From an uncultured Candidatus Binatia bacterium (lineage in GTDB: Bacteria; Desulfobacterota; Binatia; Bin18): a stretch of DNA of 64,000 nt. Where the stretch lies: assembly GCA_965203745.1 (NCBI GenBank), contig CBDBDK010000001.1, positions 1,955,328-2,019,327 of the forward strand. Reading direction: 5' to 3'. Shown one piece after another: positions 19,822-32,466 of the stretch. Position numbers and translations under genes: made by a program. The notes under the pieces were generated by a model. It worked only from the letters and a program-made list of their open reading frames with translations, had not been told where the DNA came from and made no database searches. The stretch's first letter is position 1; every line of letters begins with the position of its first letter.

Positions 19822-21150
19822 ATGGGTCGAACGACCGCAAAGAGTAATAATGCAAATGGACTCCAGGAGGTTCGCATTAATGGGGACGGCGAAGATGTCG
19901 GTCTGAACCTGAAGTCTCTGAAATCAAAAAAAATTGGCGAACTGGCGGAGATTGCACGAAATTTTGACGTTGAGGGAGCGTCCAGTCTTCGTAAACAAGA
20001 CTTGATCTTTTCTATTCTCCAGGCCCAGGCCGAGCAGAGTGGCTTTATCTACGGCGAGGGAGTGTTAGAGATTCTCTCTGACGGGTTCGGCTTTCTCCGT
20101 TCCCCTGACTACAATTATCTGCCAGGGCCGGATGACATTTATGTGTCACCGAGCCAGATTCGGCGGTTTAATCTCCGGACCGGAGACGTCGTGGCCGGGC
20201 AAATCCGGCCACCCAAGGAAGGCGAGCGTTATTTTGCGTTGCTGAAAGTCGAAGCGACGAACTATGAGGAGCCTGAACGCGCCCGAGATAAAATCCTTTT
20301 TGACAATTTGACGCCGCTCTACCCCGAGGAACAACTCCGGCTCGAACACAATCTTGAGGAGTATACAACGCGAACCATTGATCTTTTCACTCCCATAGGA
20401 AAAGGGCAGCGTGGCTTAATTGTTGCCGCTCCTCGTACGGGCAAGACCATGATGCTGCAAAGTTTGGCGCATGGCATTGTTCACAATCATAAAGAAGTCA
20501 TTTTGATTGTCTTACTGATTGACGAGCGACCGGAGGAAGTCACCGATATGCAGCGCTCAGTCCGGGCCGAGGTTGTGAGTTCGACGTTTGACGAACCGGC
20601 GAATCGGCACGTACAGGTGGCGGAGATGGTCTTAGAAAAAGCAAAACGTCTGGTCGAGCATGGAAAAGACGTTGTCGTCTTACTCGACAGCATTACCCGC
20701 TTAGCGCGCGCGAATAACGCTGTGGTTCCGCCGAGTGGGAAATTGCTGTCCGGTGGTGTGGATGCCAATGCCTTGCGGATGCCGAAAAAATTCTTTGGAG
20801 CGGCACGCAACATTGAAGATGGGGGAAGCTTAACTATTATTGGGACGGCCCTGGTCGATACCGGCAGTCGTATGGATGAAGTTATCTTTGAAGAATTCAA
20901 AGGGACTGGTAATATGGAAATCCACTTGGACCGCCGCCTGATGGATAAGCGGATTTTCCCTGCTATGGATATTGGCCGCTCCGGTACCCGCAAGGAAGAG
21001 ATGTTGCTGACGAAGAAGACCTTGGACCGAGTGCGGCTTCTCAGACAATTGTTAACCCAAATGAACGCGGTCGAAGCAATGGAATTTTTTATGGATAAAA
21101 TCCAGGGGACAAAGGATAATCAAGAATTTCTTGAATCCATGAATCAATAG
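19822..21150 (+). CDS. rho: transcription termination factor Rho
   Basis: 442 aa. N-terminal CSD-like RNA-binding domain and Walker A (AAPRTGKT). C-terminal motifs ([39 protein letters not shown]). A GGAGG RBS precedes the start. Confidence 0.95.
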   Translation: MGRTTAKSNNANGLQEVRINGDGEDVGLNLKSLKSKKIGELAEIARNFDVEGASSLRKQDLIFSILQAQAEQSGFIYGEGVLEILSDGFGFLRSPDYNYLPGPDDIYVSPSQIRRFNLRTGDVVAGQIRPPKEGERYFALLKVEATNYEEPERARDKILFDNLTPLYPEEQLRLEHNLEEYTTRTIDLFTPIGKGQRGLIVAAPRTGKTMMLQSLAHGIVHNHKEVILIVLLIDERPEEVTDMQRSVRAEVVSSTFDEPANRHVQVAEMVLEKAKRLVEHGKDVVVLLDSITRLARANNAVVPPSGKLLSGGVDANALRMPKKFFGAARNIEDGGSLTIIGTALVDTGSRMDEVIFEEFKGTGNMEIHLDRRLMDKRIFPAMDIGRSGTRKEEMLLTKKTLDRVRLLRQLLTQMNAVEAMEFFMDKIQGTKDNQEFLESMNQ

Positions 21151-21164
21151 CGCTCTCTGGCGCG

Positions 21165-21193
21165 TTGCAAAGATTTTTCGCCTTTGATATAAA
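21165..21193 (+). promoter_or_regulatory. candidate sigma70 promoter for rpsB-tsf (TTGCAA-N17-TATAAA)
   Basis: TTGCAA at 21165-21170, a 17-nt spacer, then TATAAA at 21188-21193, ~60 nt upstream of rpsB. Confidence 0.35.
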
Positions 21194-21252
21194 GCCCCTC
21201 CCCGAAATTAAGCATATTCCACGCATAGTTAAGAAAGAAAGGTGTCCGCTAC

Positions 21253-22107
21253 ATGGTTGAAATTACGATCAAGCAATTGCTTGAGGCTGGGGTTCACTTT
21301 GGCCACCAGACGAGTCGCTGGAACCCAAAGATGAAGCCCTATATTTTTGGTGCCCGTAACGGCATCCACATCATCGACTTGCAGCAGACCGTGGGTATGT
21401 TACGCGACGCGTGCGGCTTTATTCGCGATCTGGTCGCAGATGGTGGTCAGATTCTCTTTGTCGGGACCAAGAAGCAGGCGCAGGAGGTCGTGCGCGAAGC
21501 AGCCGAGCGGTGTGAAATGTTTTATGTCAATAACCGCTGGCTGGGTGGGATGTTAACGAACTTTCAAACCATTCGGAGGTCTATCGATCGACTGAAGCGC
21601 GTCGAAGAGATGCTCGAAACGGCCGCGATTGCTGACGCGCTGACGAAGAAAGAACTCTTAGGGATTAGCCGGGAGCGAGATAAGCTGATGAATGTGTTAG
21701 GTGGCATCAAAACGATGCGGAAGCTGCCTGATGCGATGTTTGTCGTTGACACCAAGAAGGAAGAAATCGCTGTGCGGGAGGCAAATAAGCTCGGTCTACC
21801 AGTTGTCGCGGCGATTGATTCAAACTGCGATCCGGATCTTATCACGCATAAAATCCCAGGGAATGATGACGCCATTCGGGCGATTCGTCTTTTTGTGGAC
21901 GCTATCGCTGACGCCTCCATAGAAGGGCGGACGCTGTATCAAGAGCAGCAACAAGGCGAAGGTGAAGCCCTTGACCAGGCGGACCAAGAAGAAACAGAAA
22001 CGCACGCTGGACCGGATATGACAGAAGCTCCCGTGCCATCTCCTGAGGCGCAAGCCGAAAACACTCCGGCAGAGGCGGCGTCTATTGAGGAAGGGGGCGA
22101 GGCGTGA
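21253..22107 (+). CDS. rpsB: 30S ribosomal protein S2
   Basis: Canonical S2 N-terminus ([19 protein letters not shown]). Acidic C-terminal tail. Confidence 0.95.
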   Translation: MVEITIKQLLEAGVHFGHQTSRWNPKMKPYIFGARNGIHIIDLQQTVGMLRDACGFIRDLVADGGQILFVGTKKQAQEVVREAAERCEMFYVNNRWLGGMLTNFQTIRRSIDRLKRVEEMLETAAIADALTKKELLGISRERDKLMNVLGGIKTMRKLPDAMFVVDTKKEEIAVREANKLGLPVVAAIDSNCDPDLITHKIPGNDDAIRAIRLFVDAIADASIEGRTLYQEQQQGEGEALDQADQEETETHAGPDMTEAPVPSPEAQAENTPAEAASIEEGGEA

Positions 22108-22727
22108 GCGCTATTTCGATGGCCCAGGTAAAAGAACTGCGCGAACGGACAGGTGCGGGTATTGTCAACTGTAAAAAAGCGCTCGCCGAAAATAACGGCA
22201 ATATTGAAAAAGCCATTGACTTCCTTCGCGAAAAAGGATTGGCCGCTGCCGCAAAGCGGGCCGGACGCGCGGCAGAGCAGGGCGTGGTTGGCTCCTATAT
22301 TCACGGGGGCGGCAAGATCGGCGTCCTGGTTGAAGTGAATTGCGAGACTGACTTTGTCGCTCGGACTGAGGAGTTCCAGCAGCTTGTCAAAGATCTTGCG
22401 ATGCAGGTGGCTGCTGCAAACCCACGCTGCGTGCGTCGGGAAGACATTACTGAGGTAGAACTTGAGCGGGAACGGGCGGTCTACCAGACACAGGCCGAAG
22501 CGTCCGGAAAGCCGGTTCAGGTTATTGAGAAGATCGTTTCCGGAAAAGTCGAGAAGTTTTACAGCGAAGTGTGTTTGCTCGAACAAGCCTATATTCGGGA
22601 GCCGAGCAAAACTGTACAAGAAATTGTCAATGATGCGGTGAGTAAGACGGGCGAAAATATTGTTGTCCACCGATTTGCGCGTTTCCAGATCGGAGAGGCA
22701 AGCGCCACTGACGGGGGGACTGAGTAG
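22104..22727 (+). CDS. tsf: translation elongation factor Ts
   Basis: N-terminal UBA-like motif ([19 protein letters not shown]). Overlaps the rpsB stop by 4 nt. Confidence 0.9.
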   Translation: MSAISMAQVKELRERTGAGIVNCKKALAENNGNIEKAIDFLREKGLAAAAKRAGRAAEQGVVGSYIHGGGKIGVLVEVNCETDFVARTEEFQQLVKDLAMQVAAANPRCVRREDITEVELERERAVYQTQAEASGKPVQVIEKIVSGKVEKFYSEVCLLEQAYIREPSKTVQEIVNDAVSKTGENIVVHRFARFQIGEASATDGGTE

Positions 22728-22732
22728 GCCGC

Positions 22733-23464
22733 ATGGCGACAAAGTCTGCACCATACCAGCGCGTTCTCCTCAAGTTGGGAGGAGAGGCGCTCGCTGGCGA
22801 CCGAGGCTATGGGATTGACGATGTGGTCTTAGCGCGCATTGCCGGAGAGATCCAGGAGATTCATGCGCTAGGGTGTGAGATCGCTTTGGTCCTCGGTGGA
22901 GGAAATATACTGCGTGGAGTAGATGCGAGCTCAAGAGGGATTGCGCGAGCGACCGGCGATTACATGGGGATGCTGGCCACGGTGATCAATAGCCTAGCCA
23001 TGCAGGAAGCTTTGGAGAAGGTGGAGGTCCCCACGCGCGTGATGTCAGCTCTAACCGTATCGCAGGTGGCGGAACCGTATATTCGACGGCGTGCAACGCG
23101 CCATCTTGAGAAAGGACGTGTCGTTATTTTTGCCTCCGGTACCGGCAATCCGTATTTTACCACGGATACCGCTGCCAGCTTACGGGCGATGGAAATTGGA
23201 GCCCAGGCTATTTTCAAAGCAACCAAGGTTGATGGGATTTATAGCGCTGATCCGGTGAAAGATTCGACGGCCGAGCGGTATCAGAACCTGACCTATCTTG
23301 AAGTCTTACAGCAAAACCTCAAGGTCATGGACTCCACCGCGATATCATTGTGCATGGACAATCACCTCCCCATCATTGTGTTCAGTATGCTTGAGCCTGG
23401 GAATATCCAGCGCGTGGTACGTGGAGAGCCTATTGGAACGGTGGTCAATGGAGGGGAGCTATGA
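22733..23464 (+). CDS. pyrH: UMP kinase
   Basis: Motifs [40 protein letters not shown]. Confidence 0.95.
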   Translation: MATKSAPYQRVLLKLGGEALAGDRGYGIDDVVLARIAGEIQEIHALGCEIALVLGGGNILRGVDASSRGIARATGDYMGMLATVINSLAMQEALEKVEVPTRVMSALTVSQVAEPYIRRRATRHLEKGRVVIFASGTGNPYFTTDTAASLRAMEIGAQAIFKATKVDGIYSADPVKDSTAERYQNLTYLEVLQQNLKVMDSTAISLCMDNHLPIIVFSMLEPGNIQRVVRGEPIGTVVNGGEL

Positions 23465-24018
23465 GCGCCGAAGTTTTAGAACAGATGAAGCAAGAAATGG
23501 AGCAAACACTGGGGTCGCTCCGTGTCGAGTTTTCGAAAGTGCGCACCGGTCGGGCCTCCACGTCATTAATCGAAGGCGTGATGGTCGAGTATTACGGGTC
23601 CCCAACTCCACTCAATCAACTCGCCTCTTTGTCTGCACCAGAAGCTCGCCTCCTTGTTGTCCAGCCATACGAAAAAAATATCATCGGTGACGTGGAAAAG
23701 GCGATCTATCAGGCCGACTTAGGCCTGACTCCAGTCAACGATGGGAAAATCATTCGTGTCCCCATACCCGAACTCACCGAAGAACGGCGGAAAGATTTTG
23801 TCCGAAAGATTCGGAAAAGTGCAGAGGAGTACCGGATTTCTATGCGGAACCATCGACGCGATGCCAATGACTATCTCAAGGAAATGCAAAAGGATAAAGA
23901 AATTACCGAAGATGAATTGCACACCGCACAGGACCGTGTACAAAAGATGACGAATGAGTATATCGAAAAACTTGACCATATCCTCAAGCTGAAAGAGGAA
24001 GAGTTGATGGCGGTATAA
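23461..24018 (+). CDS. frr: ribosome recycling factor
   Basis: 185 aa. RRF motifs ([19 protein letters not shown]). Confidence 0.95.
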   Translation: MSAEVLEQMKQEMEQTLGSLRVEFSKVRTGRASTSLIEGVMVEYYGSPTPLNQLASLSAPEARLLVVQPYEKNIIGDVEKAIYQADLGLTPVNDGKIIRVPIPELTEERRKDFVRKIRKSAEEYRISMRNHRRDANDYLKEMQKDKEITEDELHTAQDRVQKMTNEYIEKLDHILKLKEEELMAV

Positions 24019-24081
24019 GGGGATAGTGTCTTCCCGCGACTGGTCATGTGAACAATCTATTCTAACCTGCTGTTTATACGC

Positions 24082-24843
24082 GTGAGCGTTATCCTTGAGA
24101 AAGACCAATTGCCCCGTCATGTTGCCATTATTATGGATGGTAATGGGCGGTGGGCACAGCGACGCGGACTGAGCCGTATCGAGGGCCACAAGCGTGGGAA
24201 AGAGGCGGTCCGCAATATTGTCGAGACGAGTCGTGGTATCGGACTCTCGTATCTCACCCTGTACGCGTTTTCTTCGGAGAACTGGCAGCGGCCGCCCCGT
24301 GAGGTTCGTGCGCTCATGGGGCTCCTCAATCGCTACCTTCGGACGGAACTGCGCCGTATGATGCGGTATAATATCCGCCTGCGGGCCATTGGTGATCTGG
24401 GCCGCCTGCCAGCGACGGTTCGGAAATCTCTGCTTGACGTTATTGCCGCAACACGAGACAACACCGGACTGACTGTTGTACTCGCCGTGAGCTACAGTGC
24501 TCGGGAAGAAATCGTTGCCGCCGTACAGACCCTGGCGACGGCCGTACAGGCGGGACAACTGCGGCCATTCGAGATTGATCAGCAGGCGATCGAACAATCT
24601 TTGTGGACGGCAGATATCCCCGCTCCAGACCTCCTTATTCGGACGAGTGGAGAGTTCCGGATCAGTAACTTCATGCTCTGGCAGTTGGCCTACACGGAAC
24701 TCTATGTGACCGATACCCTGTGGCCAGACTTCGACCGCGACGCCTTCTTGCAGGCATTGGCAGATTATCAGCAGCGGGATCGGCGTTTCGGTCGGACGGC
24801 CGAGCAACTGATTGAGACTGAGCTCAAACGTGCTGCGCACTAG
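24082..24843 (+). CDS. uppS: isoprenyl transferase (undecaprenyl-diphosphate synthase)
   Basis: HVAIIMDGNGRWA; LTLYAFSSENWQRP; RTSGEFRISNFMLWQLAYTELY. Confidence 0.9.
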   Translation: MSVILEKDQLPRHVAIIMDGNGRWAQRRGLSRIEGHKRGKEAVRNIVETSRGIGLSYLTLYAFSSENWQRPPREVRALMGLLNRYLRTELRRMMRYNIRLRAIGDLGRLPATVRKSLLDVIAATRDNTGLTVVLAVSYSAREEIVAAVQTLATAVQAGQLRPFEIDQQAIEQSLWTADIPAPDLLIRTSGEFRISNFMLWQLAYTELYVTDTLWPDFDRDAFLQALADYQQRDRRFGRTAEQLIETELKRAAH

Positions 24844-25621
24844 GCTCCTGACCGCCGCGGTCGCGCTTCCCCTTCTCATCTTCCTGATACACTCGGCGCC
24901 GGAATGGGGCTTTTCGAGTGCCATTCTGGTGCTGACTGGTGTCGGCCTATATGAATATTTCTCACTCACGCGAGCCCAATACTCACTCTCTCCGGTCATC
25001 GGCGGACTGTGGGGCATGCTTGTCGCACTCAGCATGCTATCGGGCGATGCTCGGCTCATCGGCGCTGCACTGACCCTTGGTTTTATGCTGGTTTTTATCC
25101 TGAATCTTCGAGATCGTCAGCCAGCACGAGGACTCCAGACAACGAGCCTCTGCGTACTTGGTGTGGTGTATATTGGGTTTCTTTTTCCACACTTACTGTG
25201 GATACACCGCGGCCCGGAAGGCGCGGGATGGATTTTTTTCATACTGCTTGTAGCCATGCTTGGAGACACCGGAGGATATGCCGTTGGACGAATATGGGGA
25301 AAACGGAAACTGCTGCCGCATATCAGCCCCAGCAAAACCATAGAGGGGAGTGTCGGATCAATAGGCGGGAACTGCGTCGCTGCCCTCGTTGCCTGGCAGT
25401 ATCTCCTGCCCAATCGCTCTGCGCTCGAATTAGTACTACTTGCGCTTCTGATGGGAGTGCTCGCCCAGTTGGGCGACCTGTGTGAGTCTGCCTTGAAGCG
25501 GGCCTGCGGCGCAAAAGACTCAGGCCGTCTCTTTCCCGGCCACGGCGGAGTGCTCGATCGTATCGATAGTTTACTTTTCCCCGGTGCCTTTATCTATTAC
25601 TATAATACGCTGTGGCACTAA
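24812..25621 (+). CDS. cdsA: phosphatidate cytidylyltransferase
   Basis: Polytopic protein with C-terminal CdsA motif (KRACGAKDSGRLFPGHGGVLDRIDS). TTG start at 24812 overlaps the uppS end. The exact start is uncertain. Confidence 0.8.
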   Translation: MRLSSNVLRTRLLTAAVALPLLIFLIHSAPEWGFSSAILVLTGVGLYEYFSLTRAQYSLSPVIGGLWGMLVALSMLSGDARLIGAALTLGFMLVFILNLRDRQPARGLQTTSLCVLGVVYIGFLFPHLLWIHRGPEGAGWIFFILLVAMLGDTGGYAVGRIWGKRKLLPHISPSKTIEGSVGSIGGNCVAALVAWQYLLPNRSALELVLLALLMGVLAQLGDLCESALKRACGAKDSGRLFPGHGGVLDRIDSLLFPGAFIYYYNTLWH

Positions 25622-25652
25622 ATATGGCCCGAAAACTGAGGAGTACGTGGGC

Positions 25653-26723
25653 ATGGATCTTTCGACTTTTGATGTTGCGCTACGAGTGGTTATTGTCTTT
25701 GGGTTAATCATTTTTGTGCACGAATTGGGACACTTCCTGACCGCCAAATGGGCCGGCGTTGGAGTTGAGCGATTCTCGCTCGGCTTTGGGCCGAAACTCA
25801 TCGGTCGTAAGATCGGCGAAACGGAGTATTTACTCAGCGCCATTCCTCTGGGCGGCTATGTGAAGATGATAGGAGAGGAAATCGGTGAGGAGGTGGATGA
25901 AGATGATCTGTCCCGTTCCTTTACCCATAAATCCTTGCCAAAACGCTTTCTGATTGTCTCTGCCGGGCCATTGGCCAACTTTCTGATGGCTTTTGTCGTC
26001 TTTAGTCTGGCCTTTGCCCAATTTGGCGTCAATGTCCCGATCGATCAACCCACGGTTGGCGGAGTTGTGCCGAACATGCCCGCGGAAACGGCCGGCCTAG
26101 AACCGGAAGACGAAATCCTCAAAGTCGATGGGGTTACCGTCCACACCTGGGAGGAACTAGCTGAGCAGATTCAGCACAGTAATGGGAATGAGATTGACCT
26201 TGTCATTAAAAAGGCGAACCGTGGCCAGATTATCGCCGCAACGGTCACCCCCCAACTGCGTGACAACCCCGTCGGCGGGCAAGTCTACGTGATTGGTATT
26301 GAGCGAGCCTTTACGAATGAAGCTGTCACCATAGGACGAGCGATAACGCTTGGAGCTGAGCAAACCTGGCTGTGGACGCACCTCATTCTGGACAGCGTTG
26401 TCAAGCTCATAAGTGGAGAGGTTTCGACCAAGGAGCTGGGCGGCCCTATTCTCATTGCACAGGTGGCTGGACAGCAGGCGCGTTTGGGATTGGATTATTT
26501 GCTACGCTTCACGGCCATCGTGAACGTCAACTTAGCCATCTTTAATCTTCTGCCTATCCCCATCCTTGACGGTGGCCATCTGTTGCTGATGCTCATCGAA
26601 CTCCTCATCGGCCGCCCGTTGAGTAATCGTTCCAAAGAGATGGCCTTACGCGTCGGTTTCCTGGTCATCGTCTCGCTCATCGTCCTGGTCTTCTACAACG
26701 ATATTTCACGACTGGTCAGCTGA
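25653..26723 (+). CDS. rseP: RIP site-2 zinc metalloprotease RseP
   Basis: HELGHF HExxH in TM1, a PDZ segment, and a C-terminal LDGG-type motif (NLLPIPILDGGHLL). The start is set at the MDLSTF Met after the cdsA stop. Confidence 0.85.
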   Translation: MDLSTFDVALRVVIVFGLIIFVHELGHFLTAKWAGVGVERFSLGFGPKLIGRKIGETEYLLSAIPLGGYVKMIGEEIGEEVDEDDLSRSFTHKSLPKRFLIVSAGPLANFLMAFVVFSLAFAQFGVNVPIDQPTVGGVVPNMPAETAGLEPEDEILKVDGVTVHTWEELAEQIQHSNGNEIDLVIKKANRGQIIAATVTPQLRDNPVGGQVYVIGIERAFTNEAVTIGRAITLGAEQTWLWTHLILDSVVKLISGEVSTKELGGPILIAQVAGQQARLGLDYLLRFTAIVNVNLAIFNLLPIPILDGGHLLLMLIELLIGRPLSNRSKEMALRVGFLVIVSLIVLVFYNDISRLVS

Positions 26724-26732
26724 TCTCTTGAC

Positions 26733-27443
26733 ATGCTCGTTCTCGGCATAGACGCGGCTACCCCGATCGCGAGCGTTGGCCTGATACAGGACGGCAGTAT
26801 TCTGGCGGAACAGTCAGGTGGCGCTGCGACGAGTCACGCGGAAAATCTTTTAGCGTTGACCCATCGCGTCCTTGACCGGGCACACGTCAGCCTGTCGGAG
26901 GTCGCAGGTATAGGGGTGACGATTGGCCCTGGAGCCTTCTCCGGTCTGCGCATCGCGCTCGGCACGACAAAAGGTTTTGCCTATGCCCTGTCTCAACGAG
27001 TTGCCGGCGTCTCGACGCTCCTCACGCTTGCCTATGCAGTGACCCATTGGACAGACCGCCTGTGCGTTGTGCTGGACGCTCGCAAACGTGAAGTGTATGC
27101 CGCCTGCTTCGCCCGTGACGCGGACGGGCACATTACCCGTCTGACTGACGATATGGTCCTTGCGCCCGAAGAGTTGGCCAACCAAATCAGTGGGCCATGC
27201 CTCTTTGTTGGGGATGGCGTTGAGCGTTACGGTGAAATAATTCGGGAACACTGCGGGCACCATATGGAGGTTCTGCCGCTTGCTGCTGTCCCGCCACGCG
27301 GCAGCACTGTCGCCCGCTTAGCTTGGATGCGCTTCAAACAGGGAGATCACGACGACGTATCACAACTCGTCCCGCAGTATATCCGTCGTTCTGACGCGGA
27401 ACGCAACCGGATGAAACAGCGTTCTGGGAAGTCAGGTTTATGA
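26733..27443 (+). CDS. tsaB: tRNA threonylcarbamoyladenosine biosynthesis protein TsaB
   Basis: MLVLGIDAATPIASVGL..., an inactive Kae1/YeaZ-like fold, 236 aa. Confidence 0.8.
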   Translation: MLVLGIDAATPIASVGLIQDGSILAEQSGGAATSHAENLLALTHRVLDRAHVSLSEVAGIGVTIGPGAFSGLRIALGTTKGFAYALSQRVAGVSTLLTLAYAVTHWTDRLCVVLDARKREVYAACFARDADGHITRLTDDMVLAPEELANQISGPCLFVGDGVERYGEIIREHCGHHMEVLPLAAVPPRGSTVARLAWMRFKQGDHDDVSQLVPQYIRRSDAERNRMKQRSGKSGL

Positions 27444-27628
27444 AGAAGAATTGTCCCTGGCGCTCTCCCGATAAGTGAAGAGGGGTCGAGACTCCTCCAA
27501 GACGACAAGAGCGGGCCTTTCCGCACCCTTCTGGCCTAGACAGGCTGTAGGAATTTTGGCATCCTGCCCCAAAATCTTGCCGAATAAGGCGATATCTCAA
27601 CGGATTGAGATGGGGACAGCCGTCCTGA

Positions 27629-28627
<999 letters not shown>

Positions 28628-28670
28628 CTCTCCACCATCAGGGAAGAGGGCCACAGTAAGGTAAGAGGGT

Positions 28671-29834
28671 ATGAATATCCACGAATACCAAGCAAAAGAG
28701 ATATTACGGAAAAATGGGGTGGCTGTGTTAGAAGGCCGAGTCGCCACCACCCCGGACGAAGCCGAAGCCGCTGCCAAGGAACTGGGCGGCGGGCTGTGTG
28801 TCGTCAAGGCCCAGATTCACGCCGGTGGGCGAGGCAAAGCCGGTGGAGTCAAGCTCGCCAAGACGCCACCGGAAGCCCGGGCACACGCGACGGCTCTGCT
28901 GGGTTCAACTCTGGTTACCCACCAAACCGGACCCGAAGGGAAAGAAGTCCAAAAGATCTTTGTTGAGCAGGGCTGCGATATTGATCAAGAGTTCTATCTC
29001 GGTATGGTCATTGACCGCGCGACCGCACGGGTCACGGTGATGGCCAGCTCTGAGGGAGGCGTGGAAATTGAAGAGGTGGCCGAGCGCTCGCCCGAGAAGA
29101 TTCTCCGCGCCACCATCGATCCCGCCGTCGGCTTCGGGGATTTCCAGGGCCGCCAACTCGCCTATGGTCTGGGCTTGCCCAAGGACTCGGTCAACAAAGC
29201 CGTGGCTTTCATGCGCGGCTTATACCGGGCATTTTCCGAGAGCGACGCCTCTATGGCTGAGATTAATCCGCTGGTGCTGACGAAGTCCGGCGATCTTGTC
29301 GCTCTGGACGCCAAGATGGGCTTTGATGACAACGCGCTGTTCCGTCACGCCGATATCCGTGAGATGCGGGATGTGACTGAGGAAAACGAGAAAGAGGTCG
29401 CGGCGTCCAAGTTTGACCTCAACTATATTGCGCTCGACGGCAACATCGGCTGCATGGTCAATGGGGCTGGGCTGGCGATGGCGACCATGGATATCATCAA
29501 ACACTACGGGGCTGAGCCGGCGAATTTTCTGGATGTAGGCGGGGGGGCGACCACGGAAAAAGTCACCGAGGCGTTCAAGATCATTCTGTCGGACGAGAAT
29601 GTCAAAGGCGTTTTGGTCAATATTTTCGGTGGGATTATGCGTTGCGATGTGGTGGCTAACGGAGTGGTTGAAGCCGCCAGGCAAGTCAATCTGTCGGTCC
29701 CCTTGGTCGTTCGCTTGGAAGGCACGAATGTTGAACTGGGGAAAACGATTCTGGCCGAGTCGGGGCTCGATATTATTCCTGCCGACGATCTGGCCGACGG
29801 CGCGGAGAAGATCGTCGAGGCGATTGGCGCGTAG
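28671..29834 (+). CDS. sucC: succinate--CoA ligase [ADP-forming] subunit beta
   Basis: [18 protein letters not shown]-terminus. ATP-grasp and CoA-ligase motifs ([18 protein letters not shown]). Confidence 0.95.
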   Translation: MNIHEYQAKEILRKNGVAVLEGRVATTPDEAEAAAKELGGGLCVVKAQIHAGGRGKAGGVKLAKTPPEARAHATALLGSTLVTHQTGPEGKEVQKIFVEQGCDIDQEFYLGMVIDRATARVTVMASSEGGVEIEEVAERSPEKILRATIDPAVGFGDFQGRQLAYGLGLPKDSVNKAVAFMRGLYRAFSESDASMAEINPLVLTKSGDLVALDAKMGFDDNALFRHADIREMRDVTEENEKEVAASKFDLNYIALDGNIGCMVNGAGLAMATMDIIKHYGAEPANFLDVGGGATTEKVTEAFKIILSDENVKGVLVNIFGGIMRCDVVANGVVEAARQVNLSVPLVVRLEGTNVELGKTILAESGLDIIPADDLADGAEKIVEAIGA

Positions 29835-29895
29835 TCGAGGCACCCGCTCAACCGTTCGTATCAATCTGTAGGGTGAGAAATCGAGGAGCACGCTC

Positions 29896-30765
29896 GTGAG
29901 CATTCTTGTTGATAAAAACACCAAGGTCCTGACGCAGGGAATTACCGGCTCAACCGGCCAACTGCACACCCGGGGCTGTCGAGACTACGGCACCCAGATG
30001 GTGGCGGGGGTCACGCCTGGTCGAGGCGGTACGGATTTCGAAGGTATTCCTATTTTTAATACGGTTGTGGAGGCGGTTGCGGAAACGGGGGCAAACGCTT
30101 CCGTGATCTATGTGCCGCCGCCGTTTGCTGCTGACGCCATTCTGGAAGCGGTCGATGCCGAAGTGGAGTTGGTGATCTGCATTACCGAGGGGATCCCGGT
30201 GCTCGATATGGTCCGGGTCAAGCGCTACTTGGCCGGCAAAAAATCCCGCTTGATTGGTCCGAACTGTCCCGGAGTGATTACCCCGGGTGAATGCAAGATT
30301 GGGATCATGCCGGGGTATATTCACACCCCCGGATCAATCGGTGTGGTGTCGCGCAGTGGAACCTTAACCTATGAAGCTGTCCATCAACTCACCCAGTTGG
30401 GGATCGGTCAGTCGTCGTGCGTCGGGATAGGCGGCGACCCGGTAAACGGAACCGGCTTTATCGACGTCTTACAGCTCTTTCAAGATGATCCCCAAACCGA
30501 AGGCGTGGTCCTGATTGGTGAAATTGGTGGTTCGGCAGAAGAGGAAGCCGCTGCGTTCATTAAAGAGCGTATGACCAAGCCGGTCGCGGCGTTTATTGCC
30601 GGTCAAACGGCCCCCAAAGGCAAGCGTATGGGACATGCTGGGGCGATTATTGCCGGTGGGAAGGGAACCGCGGCCGAGAAGGTCCAAGCCTTCAGGGACG
30701 CCGGTGTGGCTATTATTTCGAGTCCGGCTGAGATGGGCAAAACTATGGCGGCCGCCATGGGATAA
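29896..30765 (+). CDS. sucD: succinate--CoA ligase subunit alpha
   Basis: [11 protein letters not shown]...[11 protein letters not shown]. Phosphohistidine loop MGHAGAII. Confidence 0.95.
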   Translation: MSILVDKNTKVLTQGITGSTGQLHTRGCRDYGTQMVAGVTPGRGGTDFEGIPIFNTVVEAVAETGANASVIYVPPPFAADAILEAVDAEVELVICITEGIPVLDMVRVKRYLAGKKSRLIGPNCPGVITPGECKIGIMPGYIHTPGSIGVVSRSGTLTYEAVHQLTQLGIGQSSCVGIGGDPVNGTGFIDVLQLFQDDPQTEGVVLIGEIGGSAEEEAAAFIKERMTKPVAAFIAGQTAPKGKRMGHAGAIIAGGKGTAAEKVQAFRDAGVAIISSPAEMGKTMAAAMG

Positions 30766-30806
30766 GGGATTCGGATGAGCCCTGACAGCGCAGTTTACAA
30801 AATAGG

Positions 30807-30834
30807 GTAGGGGCGGTTCACAAACCGCCCCTAC
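30807..30834 (+). terminator. GC-rich hairpin downstream of sucD (candidate terminator, no U-tract)
   Basis: gtaggggcggtt-caca-aaccgcccctac forms a perfect 12-bp stem with a 4-nt loop, 42 nt after the sucD stop. Confidence 0.4.
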
Positions 30835-30840
30835 AGCTTC

Positions 30841-31941
30841 ATGTCAACGGACCAGACACCTCGCGCCTTGTTTCAGCAGGGCGAACGCGCCCGTCTGAAA
30901 AGTCGCTTTGCCGAGGCGCTGGAGTTCTACCGACAGGCACGTCAGGCTGCAAAAGCCGCAAACCTGGGGGAATGCGAACTTGATGCCCACCTCGGTATTG
31001 GCGATTGCTTGCGCATGCAAGGACAATTTGGGTTCGCCAAACGCGCCTATGAACGGGCTAGTCGCTTGGCTGGTCGCTTGACTGATATAGAAGGAGAGGC
31101 GGAGGGTCTGGCTGGTATCGGCCTGAGTGTCCGCGCCCAGGGAAATCCTCAGCGGGCCTTACCATATCTGGCCGAGGCGCGGACCCTCTACCGTCAAGCA
31201 CGGGTGTACGACCGTGAAGGCTTTATTGTCTGGGCCATGGGGGGGACGTATCGCTTCTGTGGTGACCTCAAAAAAGCGCTGAGCCATTTCAAACAAGCCC
31301 TCAGACTCGCCGAGCGGGAGGGCGACCCGCTCGGAGCCGGATATGCGCTGTGCGGTCTGGGGGGCGCGTCGCGTCTCATGGGTCGATTTGCGGATACCCA
31401 GAACTATTACGCCGAAGCAAACGAGGTGTTTGAGGTTGAAGACGATGTGTACGGCCGGGCCTATTCATACTGCGGCCTTGGCAATGCGGCCCGTATGCGT
31501 CAAGAATTTACGACTGCCTTGCGGCTCTTTGCAAAAGCCGAGCGCTTATACCGGCGGATTGGCGATAAGGCGAGCTTTGCCTATACGGTCTGGGCGATGG
31601 CCACGGTCTTCAAAATGCAGGGCGACTATGAACGTAGCCGAGCGACATTCGGCCAGGCACAACGACTCTTCCGCGAAACGCGCGACATGCGCGGGACGGT
31701 CTACTGTCGTCTGGGAACCGGGGAATTAGCGTTTTTACAGGGAAAACACAAACGCGCGAAGGCTGCATTTGCTCGCTGTTATGACGAGGCCCAGCGCTGT
31801 GGTTACCGGGCAGAAGCCTGCCATGCGCTTACCGGTCTTGCCCTGGTAGCGGAGAGCCCCGACTGGCGGGCGGTGAAACACGCCTATCGAGGCTGTGGCT
31901 TGTACTTCACTCCGCTCCCCCCTCCGCTCAATCTGCCCTGA
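30841..31941 (+). CDS. tetratricopeptide repeat protein
   Basis: 366 aa with reiterated 34-aa units (A..Y.....L..........A.GLG). Confidence 0.6.
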   Translation: MSTDQTPRALFQQGERARLKSRFAEALEFYRQARQAAKAANLGECELDAHLGIGDCLRMQGQFGFAKRAYERASRLAGRLTDIEGEAEGLAGIGLSVRAQGNPQRALPYLAEARTLYRQARVYDREGFIVWAMGGTYRFCGDLKKALSHFKQALRLAEREGDPLGAGYALCGLGGASRLMGRFADTQNYYAEANEVFEVEDDVYGRAYSYCGLGNAARMRQEFTTALRLFAKAERLYRRIGDKASFAYTVWAMATVFKMQGDYERSRATFGQAQRLFRETRDMRGTVYCRLGTGELAFLQGKHKRAKAAFARCYDEAQRCGYRAEACHALTGLALVAESPDWRAVKHAYRGCGLYFTPLPPPLNLP

Positions 31942-32008
31942 GAGTGCGAACATTGACCCCTGTAGTGGGCATGGATAGACTTCTCATGCAGTACAAGAAA
32001 GGACGCGT

Positions 32009-32425
32009 ATGACGGAACGAACCCTCTCTATTGTGAAGCCTGACGCGGTCAAGAAGAATGTCATTGGTGAGATTCTCCGCCGCTTTGAAGCAGCCGGGCT
32101 CAAAATCGTTGCCACCAAAATGGTTTCCCTGACGAAAGCCGAAGCCGAGGGCTTTTATGCGGTCCATAAAGAACGCCCATTTTTTGGGAGCCTGACAGAC
32201 TTCATGTCCTCAGGTCCGATTCTCGTCTCCGTTCTTGAGGGCGAGGGGGCCATTCAAGCTCACCGGGAAATTATGGGTACGACCAACCCGGCTGAGGCGG
32301 ATGAGGGTACGATTCGGAAGGATTTTGCCACAAACATCGAACAGAACGCCGTGCATGGCTCCGATGCGCCCGAAACGGCCCAATGGGAGGTCGGTTATTT
32401 TTTTAGTGGGCTGGACTTGGCTTAA
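32009..32425 (+). CDS. ndk: nucleoside-diphosphate kinase
   Basis: [12 protein letters not shown]...NAVHGSD active-site His motif. Confidence 0.95.
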   Translation: MTERTLSIVKPDAVKKNVIGEILRRFEAAGLKIVATKMVSLTKAEAEGFYAVHKERPFFGSLTDFMSSGPILVSVLEGEGAIQAHREIMGTTNPAEADEGTIRKDFATNIEQNAVHGSDAPETAQWEVGYFFSGLDLA

Positions 32426-32466
32426 GGAGCCTTTTCGGGCCTGGTGGCTGCGTACTCTATGCCTGT

